Notes under the pieces: generated by a model
Databases searched by the model: none
Told to the model about the DNA's origin: nothing
The model's input: the letters and a program-made list of their open reading frames with translations, nothing else
Made by a program: the position numbers and the translations under genes
Origin: Eledone cirrhosa
Taxonomy: Eukaryota
Direction of reading: 5' to 3'
NCBI GenBank assembly: GCA_964016885.1
Contig: OZ024742.1
Coordinates: forward strand, 315,146,001-315,210,000
Length of the DNA stretch: 64,000 bases
Part shown: positions 40,083-56,689 of the stretch, piece after piece
Layout: each line of letters begins with the position of its first letter
How positions within the stretch are numbered: position 1 is the first letter of the stretch

Positions 40083-40974
40083 CGAAAACAATTTCCTTCT
40101 TTCTTACATTTGGATTCATCTCGAAAGGTCTTTTTTCTAAGCGCTCATATATTCACCCAGCTTATGCTGACAGAATAACTATGTAGCTTGTTCCCTTCCT
40201 ATCTACGGTTAGCTTTCCTCTTTGTTGTTTACTTGTCTCACTCGCTTTACGCGTTTTAATTGTCCTAATAACTTAATTTAGTTATTATTGCACCAACGTG
40301 AGGTATATGATTTTTAATGCAATGAAATATCTATGATCGTTGGCAAATCACTGATGAGGGACTCATTTATAACATGTTATCCATGTGCAACCTGTAGTAT
40401 TCTTCTCCCCATTTTTTCACATATATTTACCTAAACTGCGATTCTGTTTTTCTCCTCTCTCTCTTACTGCTCCCTCGTTCTCTCTGTTTCTCCTACTTTA
40501 TTTCGCCCCCTCTGTCATATCAGTTAACACTTTCTCTCTAGTGACCTCTTCCTCACACTTACACTCACTCTCTCACTGTTTCTCCCCTTCTCACTTCACC
40601 CCGTTCGCGACGAAAACAATTTCCTTCTTTCTTACTTTTGGATTCATCTCGAAAGGTCTTTTTCTAAGCGCTCATATATTCACCCAGCTTATGCTGACAG
40701 AGTAACTATGTAGCTTGTTCCCTTCCTATCTACGGTTAGCTTTCCTCTTTGTTGTTTACTTGTCTCACTCGCTTTACGCGTTTTAATTGTCCTAATAACT
40801 TAATTTAGTTATTATTTGCACCAACGTGAGGTATATGATTTTTAATGCAATGAAATATCTATGATCGTTGGCAAATCACTGATGAGGGACTCATTTTATA
40901 ACATGTTATCCATGTGCAACCTGCAGTATACTTCTCCCCACTTTTTCACTATATTTACCTAAACTGCGATTCTG

Positions 40975-41018
<44 letters not shown>

Positions 41019-42040
41019 TGCTCCCTCGTTCTCTCTGTTTCTCCTACCTTTCTTTAGCCCCCTCTGTCATATCAGTTAACACTTTCTCTCTAGTGACCTC
41101 TTCCTCACACTTACAGTCACTCACTCACTGTTTCTCCCCTTCTCACTTCACCCCGTTCGCGACGAAAACAATTTCCTTCTTTCTTACTTTTGGATTCATC
41201 TCGAAAGGTCTTTTTCTAAGCGCTCATATATTCACCCAGCTTATGCTGACAGAGTAACTATGTAGCTTGTTCCCTTCCTATCTACGGTTAGCTTTCCTCT
41301 TTGTTGTTTACTTGTCTCACTCGCTTTACGCGTTTTAATTGTCCTAATAATTTAATTTAGTTATTATTGCACCAACGTGAGGTATATGATTTTTAATGCA
41401 ATGAAATATCTATGATCGTTGGCAAATCACTGATGAGGGACTCATTTTATAACATGTTATCCATGTGCAACCTGTAGTATTCTTCTCCCCATTTTTTCAC
41501 ATATATTTACCTAAACTGCGATTCTGTTTTTCTCCCTCTCTCTCTTACTGCTCCCTCGTTCTCTCTATTTCTCCTACTTTATTTCGCCCCCTCTGTCATA
41601 TCAGTTAACACTTTCTCTCTAGTGACCTCTTCCTCACACTTACACTCACTCTCTCACTGTTTTCTCCCCTTCTCACCTTCACCCCGTTCGCGACGAAAAC
41701 AATTTCCTTCTTTCTTACTTTTGGATTCATCTCGAAAGGTCTTTTTCTAAGCGCTCATATATTGACCCCAGCTTATGCTGACAGAGTAAGTGATGTAGCT
41801 TGTTCCCTTCCTATCTACGGGTTAGCTTTTCCCGCCTTTCTTGTTTACCTTGTCTTACTCGGCTTTACGCGTTTTAATTGTCCTAATAACTTAATTTAGT
41901 TATTATTGCAACCAACGTGAGGTATATGATTTTTAATGCAATGAAATATCTATGATCGTTGGCAAATCACTGATGAGGGACTCATTTTATAACATGTATC
42001 CATGTGCAACCTGCAGTATTCTTCCCCATGTTTCCACATA
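40081..42040 (+). repeat. Tandem array of ~3.7 units of ~530-550 bp (retrozyme-like), subfamily 1
   Basis: Unit start GACGAAAACAATTTCC at 40081, 40609, 41161, 41692; near-identical units; TA-rich flanks. Confidence 0.95.
40262..40362 (+). ncRNA. Candidate permuted/pseudoknotted hammerhead ribozyme with k-turn (unit 1; also at ~40789-40890, 41341-41441, 41880-41981)
   Basis: GGTAT-A|TGATTT..TGCAA-T-GAAA-TATC..k-turn..AAATCA-CTGATGA-G; pairings supported by compensatory changes versus the 58.5/59.0 kb copies. Confidence 0.6.
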
Positions 42041-42049
42041 TTTGTATAA

Positions 42050-42265
42050 TTCATGTTACTGTGATGTATATGGGTGGTGATTTATATATATTGACATATA
42101 CATATATATTCTATATGTTTATGTTATATAGTATAGTATATATATATATACATATGTATATATATATATATATATATGTATATTATAGTATAGTAGTATA
42201 TATAGTATTATATATGCTAGAGTATAGTATATATATATTTATATATATATATATATATATATATG

Positions 42266-42308
<43 letters not shown>

Positions 42309-42496
42309 GATATATATATTATGTAGTATATATATAAGTATAGTAGAGTAGTGTAAAGTAGTATTATATATATATGTAAGATATATATGTATATATATGA
42401 TATTATTATATATATAATATATATATATGTATATGTAATATATATAATATATACACATATAAATATAATTATTTATATATATATATATATTATATG

Positions 42497-42536
<40 letters not shown>

Positions 42537-42625
42537 ATTATATGATATAGTATGTATGATATATAGTAAGTATATTATTATAGTATATATATAGTAGGTA
42601 TATAGTATAGTATATATTATTGTAG

Positions 42626-42678
<53 letters not shown>

Positions 42679-42875
42679 TATATATATATGTATATATATA
42701 TATATAATATTGTATATATATATATAGATATATGTATATAGTATATATATATGTATTTTATAGATATAGTATATGTATATATATAGTATATATATGTATA
42801 TATATTATATGTATATATATATATGTATATATATATAGTATATGTATATATATGTACATATATATATATATTATA

Positions 42876-42912
<37 letters not shown>

Positions 42913-43156
42913 TATATATATATATATATATATAGGATATAATATATATATATATAATGATATATATATATTACATTATATATATATATATATATTATAT
43001 ATATTAGTGTATTATATATAGTATATATATATATAATATTATATAATAGTATATAGTATATATATATATATGGTAGTAGTGTATAAGTATATATAGTGTA
43101 TGTCATTAGATATATACTATATATAGTATATATATATATAATATATATATATATAC

Positions 43157-43220
<64 letters not shown>

Positions 43221-43222
43221 GT

Positions 43223-43258
<36 letters not shown>

Positions 43259-43363
43259 TATTGTATATATATATTATTATATATATATATATATGATATA
43301 TTATATATATATTGTATATATATATAATATGTGTATATATATATGTATATATGTATATATATT

Positions 43364-43423
<60 letters not shown>

Positions 43424-43488
43424 GTATATATATATATAATATAATATGTATATATATATTTATATATATTATATATATAATATATATG

Positions 43489-43519
<31 letters not shown>

Positions 43520-43763
43520 ATATAATATATATATATATATATATTATAGATATTATATTTAATATATATATATATGTGATATATATATATATATATATGT
43601 ATAGTATATAATATATATATGATATATATATTATATATATATATATATTATATAGATATATATATATAGTATATATATATTTATATATGTATATATATAG
43701 ATATATATGTATATATATATATATATATATGTATATTTTATATATATAGTATATATATATATA

Positions 43764-43808
<45 letters not shown>

Positions 43809-43838
43809 TTATATTATATATATATAGTTATATTATAT

Positions 43839-43871
<33 letters not shown>

Positions 43872-43872
43872 G

Positions 43873-43905
<33 letters not shown>

Positions 43906-43924
43906 ATATATATATATATTATAT
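42050..43924. repeat. Irregular (TA)n tract running into the gap (probably low-quality contig end)
   Basis: Directly visible. Confidence 0.85.
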
Positions 43925-44124
43925 NNNNNNNNNNNNNNNNNNNNNNNNNNNNNNNNNNNNNNNNNNNNNNNNNNNNNNNNNNNNNNNNNNNNNNNNNNNN
44001 NNNNNNNNNNNNNNNNNNNNNNNNNNNNNNNNNNNNNNNNNNNNNNNNNNNNNNNNNNNNNNNNNNNNNNNNNNNNNNNNNNNNNNNNNNNNNNNNNNNN
44101 NNNNNNNNNNNNNNNNNNNNNNNN
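43925..44124. other. Assembly gap (200 N)
   Basis: Run of n. Confidence 1.
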
Positions 44125-45545
44125 CATACTCATCCTTACATCATCCCGTGAAGAGGCAGAGAAAATATACACAACATTCTCCAGCATGGACGCCAGTATA
44201 AAGTTCAGCATAGAACACCCCGATGACCGCGGATCCCTATCCCTGCTGGACTTCCAACTCAGGGTAACAGAGGAAGGCAACATCCACACCTGCTTCTATA
44301 AAAAATCCGCCAGCAGGGACCTGTTCGTACATTTCAGATCGGCCCTCCCACTCGGTGCCAAGTTCGGATACATAAAGAACGAACTGGCACGTATCAAGAA
44401 CAAATGCACCGACGCCAGAGACCGAGACACACACACCACACATTTCCTGGAAGTACTCAAACTGAACGGATACACGACATCCACCACAAACCGTGCCAGA
44501 AAGAACAGAGGACACCACACCCGAGGCACTAACACTTGCTTCCTGAAGCTCCCACACTTCAGTGAAGAAACAACAACAGCCATCCGCAGAGCCATCAGAC
44601 GAGAGGGACTAGATATTCAACTGGCCCATTCGGGTCCTTCTTTGCGTGGACGGCTAGCTAAGAGACACTCCACCAGACATGACAACTGCTGCAGACTAGC
44701 CAACTGCCCCATCAACGACACAGACCTATGCCACCAGGCTTACGTAGTTTACAGACTAGAGTGTGACAAATGCAACAACTTCTACGTAGGTAGCACCACC
44801 AGACCACTCCACATAAGAATAAAAGAACACCTCGATACTAACGCTTCCTCATTTAAGAAACACCTAGTTAAATGCAAAAACACTGATAAAAACATAACAG
44901 GATAGAAACTAAAGAAAGAAACCTCGGTAATCTTAGAATCAAGGAAGCACTCATTATAGATATAACACATCCACCAATCAATAATAGACTAGAGCTCAAC
45001 ACCCAATTTATAACCTGATAGGGCCTCTAGCCCCACTTTACACACCCCACACACACGCACGCACACACCTCCACTTATTCTCTCTCACACATACACACAC
45101 AAAACCAGTTCTAACACCAGATAACACCTACCCCCCACTTTTACGATTAGACCTATCTTCCCACACTCACACACACACATACCTACACCTTCATGCTTTC
45201 TCCCACACACATATACAGGCACGCATATAAAATTTAAAAAACACAACAAAAACATAAACAAAACCCCTCTTAAAGGGAGACTACTCTTTACCCACCTAAT
45301 TTTAATTCTTTGACATTAAAGTTAGAACTCTATACTATTTCCGGTCAGCATGGCTTCATTGGAAATTTAAGACGCTGGTCTGAGACTTTTACTTCCCTCC
45401 GAAGAAGAGATATTATCTCGAAAATTAAGGACATTTAAATAAATTCAAGGTGAAAGAGAGAATTCTCATCAATATCTCTCACTATTGCATTCTTTTTCTA
45501 TGTCCATATCTGCATTGTCTTGGCCTTATTACACATATTCTAACG
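44125..45545 (+). mobile_element. Penelope-like element 3' half (RT C-terminus + GIY-YIG endonuclease + pLTR with hammerhead)
   Basis: ORF to 44905: IKFSIE..LSLLD..CFYKK..HFRSALP (PLE RT/thumb), C-rich linker, AYVVYRLECDKCNNFYVGSTTRPLHIRIKEH (GIY-YIG); 5' part lost in gap. Confidence 0.92.
45396..45430 (+). ncRNA. Minimal type I hammerhead motif (U4>C variant) in the Penelope pLTR
   Basis: CCT-CCGAAGA-A-GAGAT-ATT-ATCTC-GAAA-AT-TA-AGG: stem I CCT/AGG, stem II GAGAT/ATCTC, palindromic AATT stem III. Confidence 0.7.
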
Positions 45546-45547
45546 TT

Positions 45548-49840
<4,293 letters not shown>

Positions 49841-51615
49841 ACAACTTTGTAGTGGAATGATAGGGACCCCAGTCCCTATCATCTCTTTTCTACAGCTGTG
49901 TGTATATATACATACAAACAAGCAGAAATGACTCCCTTCAGTGTTACTGTATGTGTGTATGTTTATGTCTGTGTGTGAGGGTCAGGGTGTGTTTGTATTT
50001 ATTGAATTGCATATGTTACCGGTTTTTAGAAAAATAGACAACCCCACTTTCTATCTTTTTTTCTCACTCTCAAACTGTAAACAAGTATCTGAAAATTTAG
50101 ATTAGTTCTATTACTGTAATAAATAATGAAGTGAATGTTTCAAACTTTTGCTCATCTTCTGAAAGTGATAAAAAGAGAATATTGCGTTGTATCTTAGCCT
50201 ACGAGCTAGGAAACGGTGTAATCCAATTCAAAAGCTTGTTTACTTTTTTAGATCGTGCACTCTTTTAGCTTTGTTTATTATTTCCAGCGTTACTTTAGAA
50301 TGGTATTTTCTACTTATATTTTCCAGTGATTTATTATCATTTTCTTCAATGTACAAAGCTATCTCATCGATAATATTTTCAGGGAAATTGGCTTTATTGT
50401 ATACTGACAATTTACGAACTCCATAAAGCTGGGCTGTGCATTTCAAACTGTTTCTTAATCGTTTATTATCTATCATACTCAAAGCTGTAGCTCACAGTCT
50501 TGCTGTGATCTTCCACGAAAGATAGAAGATATGGAACAATAGTAATATAACTAAAGTCTGTTTCTCTCATTTACCTCAATAATTACAACAGATTTCACTA
50601 GTCATGCAAAAAACAGTTTATTTTTTCATTAGTTTATTTCATTATGGGGAAATATTAGCCCTTGGGCTCCCCAAACAAATTATCGACAGTACATAACAGA
50701 AGTGACAGGGAACTCAATTACAATTGCTTGAAAGCTTACAGAAAGGTTAGAGAAATGTTGCAAAAGCTTATTTCAAGATAATAACCTATTTAGAGATCTC
50801 TCAAAACAATACGCAAAGACGTGCATATAATTGTACCCAAAAGACAGAATTCTACAGTGAAAATCAAAATGTTTGTATCACTCTTCAAGATCAGTACAAC
50901 TAAGGAGTAAAATATTAAGATGATTGAATTATTCATATGCAAGTGGTTTATTAGAAAACAGATAAAGCTACATAAAATCACCTTAAAACCACACAGAAAA
51001 TGTTTGAATTTTATATTGTGACGAAGAACTGGATGAGTAACGTTTTTTTGTGCTGTACTCTGTAACCATAAACCTATTACTAGTTCTACAATTATTGAAT
51101 ATATATATAATATGGAAAGTATCACAAAAATGAACTGCTGTGATGCAAGCTTAGCGTTTGTCTTATTAAAACAACTGACTGAGGTTAGCAAAAGACCATT
51201 TTTCGTTCATTCTGTACTAGCCAGTGATATAAACTTACTATCGTTAAACATTACCTAAAATAATCAACAAGATCGTATATCCTGGAATAGAAATCATATA
51301 TCTACTTCTTTCTTCTGTATTACATTGCTCATTTATCTCTGAATTACAACTATTCTTCCACTTGTACGATCAAAGATAATCATCAAGATCTCTCCATCCA
51401 ATCAACGTCCAGATGTTGGTAATTGGTTCTTTCTCAGATTCTATTGATGTTTATCAAAAGCGGTTTAGTTTATATCGATAATCCATGAATGATTTTCTGC
51501 ACCATGGTCATAATTATCCTCTCCAACATATTAACCCAAGAAATTTTATAAAAAAAAGAAAACACCCTTGCGCATTACAAACCTTCTCATGCACTTGGAT
51601 TAATACTATATCAAA

Positions 51616-52070
51616 TAATGGTTTCTGATATAGGTACAAGGCCAACAATATTTTTGGAGGAGGTAAGGGTCGATACAATCGACCTCAATGCGTTACTGGG
51701 CTGTATTTTATCAACACTGTAAGGATCAAAGGCAACGCTAACTTCGGTTGGATTTGAACTCAGAACATAAAGGGAGGTAACTAACTGCAATGCATATGAT
51801 TCGAGGCTCTACCGATACTACCAATCCACCGTACTAAATACTATTTCATAATAATGATTTCTTATATAGGCACAAGGTCAGAAATTTGGGGGGAGGGGAC
51901 AGTCGATTAAATCGACCCAGTGCGTGACTGGTACTTTATTTTATCGACCCCGTAAGGTTGAAAGGCAAAGTTAACCTCAGCGGGGTTTGAACTCAGATCA
52001 TAAAGGGCCGTACCTCTATGCTGCAAAGCATGACGTCCGATTCTCTACCGATTCTGCCAATCACCCGCCC
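51616..52070 (-). mobile_element. Two tandem tRNA-SINEs (51616-51832 and 51849-52070), same family as 21459
   Basis: Same head, core and GGCCTTGT(G/A)CCTATA..AGAAA.CATTATT tail. Confidence 0.85.
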
Positions 52071-53289
52071 AACTATTTCAATTAATGAGACATCTACGAG
52101 TATATGAACGTCAATATGCCAACTATATTTTATTGACAACATAAATTACAGAATTATACTCACCAACTCTTCAACAAGGTTATGTAAATTTGATTCCCAG
52201 AGATGGTTTTATATATATTCCCATGATCCAACGTAATTATGTGGTAGAGTATACATTTCTGAATACCATGGTTTGAAACCGGCTTTCTCTTTAGAACTGT
52301 GAAAATATTGAATAAAAGATTTCTTTCCTACAACTTGATACACATGTCTTTCTGGAGTAGAATACATATTTTCTGTGTCTAATATTATGAATACTTTCAA
52401 TACCATTTGCTTTATGCGGGAATCTGTGGCTCGTATTAGAATTTTATCTCTATATAAGCGTGTAAAAGATTTCCCTTGTGTGGAAATTCTTGCGTAAATC
52501 AGTTTAAAGTTCTGTGGCATAGAAAGACAAGAGCTGAAGAAAATACGCTTTATTACAGCTACTGGCTACAATTCTATCTTTGGCAAAGAACAGCAAAAGT
52601 ATATTAAGTGTATATTATTCTTAAAATGCACCAAATAAAATGTTTCTCCTGACTATATATACTTTTCAGCTAACAGAATATCTCGTAGGTCTGCGGGATT
52701 GCGTACGGTTTATTTTTATTTATCCCGTTTGTAAAATAAGTTGGATTACTTTGAATAAATAATTGTTTGAATAAATAATGAATGAATATTACATAATTTA
52801 TGTACTCAATTTCGTAAAAATAAATAATTTCAAATTGACTTCTTTTCAAAGTTGCACTTCCGGTATATCGTCGCCACCATATATCAACGACCATATATAT
52901 AGAAAGAGAGAGTGTGTGATGAGTGAGATAGAGAGATTATGACTTTCTACACGCTGACATCTATATGTATGAGTATATAACTATAATCGCGCAAACACAA
53001 ACTTATAAAAATACATTCTCACGGACATAATTCCCACAAATACACATACTTTCACACAAATATACATACAAACGTTCTTTCACACAAACATACAACATTC
53101 ACACATACTTTCACACAAATATACATACATTCACACATATATATTTACACAAACATACATACATTCATACATATACATTTACACACACACATAGTCATGA
53201 TAGCATTCGGTAAATTGGAGATGGGAGGGTAAAACAAGTATAACGTTTTATTTATTTATTATCTCTTTATTTATTTATTAACTCTTTTT

Positions 53290-53940
53290 TTAACTCATTT
53301 AATGCTTACAGAACGAAAACACTAACAAATATAATATATACAAAGGAAAGCGAAAGGAAAAAAAGAAAGAGAAAAATACACAATCACGTAATACCCACAT
53401 CTTAGACCCCATAGAACAAAATGTAGACGAAAGGGGGGTGGAAAAACGAGCCTCTACCAGAGCAAAAGATAGAAATATAGCGAGGAGCACTGGGAAACCT
53501 CTCTAATAATTTTTGAGGCAGGCCAACACGCTTGCAGCGTTACCTGGGGTGATGGCGAGGCTGAGGTGCTGGAACAACCAAGTGCCCTCACGAAAATCAC
53601 CAGTTACCTCTGTTTGGCGAGCCGCCGGTGAAGATAAGAACATCGCTGTCAGTAGCCCGACTCCCCCAAACGTCTCGAACGCCACAGGCTGGATAATGTA
53701 TTTAGCTGACAGAATACGGTATTTTAAGATTGTGTTCCGTTCAGCTGTAGCTGCTTACCGCTGCATCCAGGATGTGGGAAGAAGCAAAAGAGTCACTAAC
53801 TGTGACGTCCCAGGTAAGGCACCTGCCTCTTGACCAGGAGCACAGAGTAAGACCGTCAAGTTTCACATCAATTCAGGACAACCCAGACGGTTCCAAAATT
53901 GAGGGGATGTTTGCCCGCGCCAAAGCTCTTGAGTGGTAAT
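53290..53940 (-). mobile_element. CRE-clade-like non-LTR retrotransposon 3' fragment (RLE domain)
   Basis: Minus strand DGLTLCSWSRGRCLTWDVTVSDS ... AFETFGG ... LFQHLSLAITPGNAASV, matching the PDG..W..G..L.WDVT / ET.G / RGNA pattern. Confidence 0.8.
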
Positions 53941-54099
53941 AAGACAGTGTGTGTATGTGCACGCGCGTGAGTTTGTCGGCGTTCTTAAATTAGAGACACG
54001 TGTGTGTGTGTCACTGTTTTTAAGTTAGAGACATATATGTGTGTATCCCTTTCCTTCCTTTTACACACACATACATTCACACAAACACACATACACATT

Positions 54100-54737
54100 G
54101 CGTGATTGACGGGTGGACGGAGGTCTCTCAAATTTATATACATGTGAATGGAGTTCTACTGAAGCAGTTAGAGAAGTTCAAGTATCTTGGAGCCGTGTTC
54201 ATGAGTGATGGAATGCAGGAGGCTGAATTAAGTGCAAGAATTGCAAAAGCTGATGCAGTAAAGCGCCAGCCTCAGCAATCAGATGAGGGGGGGGGGGGGG
54301 TAAAAGCCAAACTCCCTATCTTCCTGGTGTTCCTGCCAACTCTTACCGAGGATCATGAATCTTGAGTAATGACAAAAAGAATACAATTGCAAATAAAAGT
54401 GGCAGAAATGGGATTCCTCCGAAGGGTCTTTGGAGTAACGTTACTCGATAAAGTGAGTCACTCCTGGTAGAGCCGCTACTTCTCTGAATTGAGAGATCAC
54501 AACACCGATATTATGAGCATGTGGTTAGAATGTCTCAGTAAAGAATCGCTGGACACATTTTACAGGCAAAACTAACCGGCAAGAGACCCAGAGGTAGACC
54601 CTGAGCAAGATAGTGGTCACGCTTTGGGATCCAGCTGGATCAGTTACAGATGTTTGCTACTGACAGACTCGCTGGTAGGAGTGTTTGAGAAGGACTCTGC
54701 TCGCACGACCCTCTCAGAAATAAGTGGCTGAAGAAGA
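54100..54737 (+). mobile_element. RTE-clade LINE 3' fragment
   Basis: LEKFKYLGAVF..ELSARIAKA, AEMGFLRRVFGVTLLDKV, GKRPRGRP; homologous to 8155-8695. Confidence 0.85.
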
Positions 54738-54802
54738 TATTGTCAATTTACATATATCTATATGTATATATATTTGCGTATAATACCAATATGCGCCCTA
54801 CA

Positions 54803-54846
54803 TATGCTAGCAGAAAACCGATCGAGGGCGGTTTTTCTGCTAGCAT
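54803..54846. other. ~18-bp-arm hairpin
   Basis: TATGCTAGCAGAAAACCG-ATCGAGGG-CGGTTTTTCTGCTAGCATA. Confidence 0.85.
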
Positions 54847-54858
54847 ATATAATACGTA

Positions 54859-54878
54859 TAGAAGGATAGCATTGCTAA

Positions 54879-54944
<66 letters not shown>

Positions 54945-55137
54945 ATAGAATTGCTAAGTGTCTATATATATATATAGAAAGATAGCATTGCTAAGTGTCT
55001 CTATATATATATATATATATATATAGAAGGATAGCATTGCTAAGTGTCTATATATATATATATATATATATAGAAGGATAGCATTGCTAAGTGTCTATAT
55101 ATATATATATATATATATAGAAGGATAGCATTGCTAA

Positions 55138-55173
<36 letters not shown>

Positions 55174-55188
55174 GGATAGCATTGCTAA

Positions 55189-55226
<38 letters not shown>

Positions 55227-55241
55227 GGATAGCATTGCTAA

Positions 55242-55279
<38 letters not shown>

Positions 55280-55294
55280 GGATAGCATTGCTAA

Positions 55295-55340
<46 letters not shown>

Positions 55341-55355
55341 GGATAGCATTGCTAA

Positions 55356-55415
<60 letters not shown>

Positions 55416-55430
55416 GGATAGCATTGCTAA

Positions 55431-55472
<42 letters not shown>

Positions 55473-55492
55473 GGATAGCATTGCTAAGTGTC
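54859..55492. repeat. Minisatellite: 12 x AGAAGGATAGCATTGCTAAGTGTC separated by variable-length (TA)n
   Basis: Directly counted; unit contains palindrome TAGCA-T-TGCTA. Confidence 0.95.
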
Positions 55493-56074
55493 TTAAATAT
55501 AATCAATCTACGAAGATAAATACGAACGCATTGAGTTATTCTCAGTTGTACAATGAAAGCACGCAGTATTAATAAGATTACTGAAATTGTAATACTATTA
55601 GCTAACAGACATATGGAAATCCCGCGTTTTATAAATACATAAATGTATAGATTCTCATAACATCGCTTCATCATGTTTAATATTTCGATTATGCCTCTGA
55701 TTTCGTTCCATAGTTAAGGTTATATATACACGGACACAATGGAAGAGTGAGATCTACGATGACATATGTTGATGCCTTAGGGACAGGCACTGATCTATGG
55801 GTGACGCGGGACATAGCGGCGATGATGAAGGACTAAGACCGCTGGTGAAAACTCGTCCATGGATCTCGGAAATTTTACCCGCCCTAGATACAGATAGTTA
55901 AGATTGATAAACGTGTAAGACACAAATACATGTCGCAAGCAGAATAATATCTAAATTTTGTATTTAACACTACTGTTGTTTCGGTTATTTTACATTCAGT
56001 GTTTCACTAGGCCGGACGAAAAGTTATGTTCTTCCCCAAGATACTTTATTTCCCGTTGCTCATCCTGTCAGGAA

Positions 56075-56322
56075 TTGTGACTGGTAGACAGTATTTTGGT
56101 CATGTCATCAGGGCCAAAAATTTGACTGCCCACATCATTGAGGGACGAATACAGGGGAAAAGGGCCAGAAAAGGAGATGTATAGATGATATAAAGGAATG
56201 ACAGGAAGGAGTTTCGTGGAATGTTCGGCAATGGCAAGAGACAGGAAAAGGTGGAGAGTGCTGGTCCATAAGTCCATGACGACCGACCTTCAGTTATGAG
56301 GATGGGATGAGAAGAGAAGAGA
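56075..56322 (+). mobile_element. Degraded RTE-like 3' end
   Basis: Translates to YFGHVIRAKNL..IIEGRIQGKRARKG..; ends in GAGAAGAGAAGA tail. Confidence 0.6.
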
Positions 56323-56689
56323 TAGTATTAGCAATTGGAAAGACCAATGAAAATATTGTTTCCAACGTCCGATTTGACGAGTTCCGCCCCACTAAGTAAG
56401 CGAATGAAGTCTGAAATTTTGTTTCTTATACTGTTTGGTATCATGATTTTGTCTGTTGTTACTGCAACCAATATCATTGATAATTACGTAAATGGTAAAT
56501 ATATTACGAGAAATAATGGATGACACATTTCTTTTATTATTCTGTTAGGAAGTTACGTAGCACGACAAAAAGGATTAGTACAGATTTTGTATTATAAGCA
56601 GATGAATGTAAATCTAAATTATAGACTACAATACGTCAATTACTAACGATGTTATCTTTCTAATATTTACAAGTGTATATATCTCTTTC

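Noticed and set aside
40293-40395. SAM-I riboswitch, SECIS or box C/D snoRNA (k-turn, GAGGGACT, GCAACC, TGATGA)
   Set aside because: No SAM-I P1 AUC/GAU arrangement, the motif order is wrong, there is no selenoprotein 3' UTR context and no terminal C/D pair; the resemblance is limited to the k-turn
40351-40400. Canonical type I/III hammerhead reading CTGATGA...GCAACC
   Set aside because: No GAAA or UH plus stem I downstream in either subfamily; only the permuted arrangement satisfies the core
41692-42040. Indels in the fourth repeat unit as real divergence
   Set aside because: They cluster towards a noisy contig end next to the gap and are likely consensus errors
54859-55492. CRISPR array
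   Set aside because: Spacers are only (TA)n, no cas genes, eukaryotic repeat context
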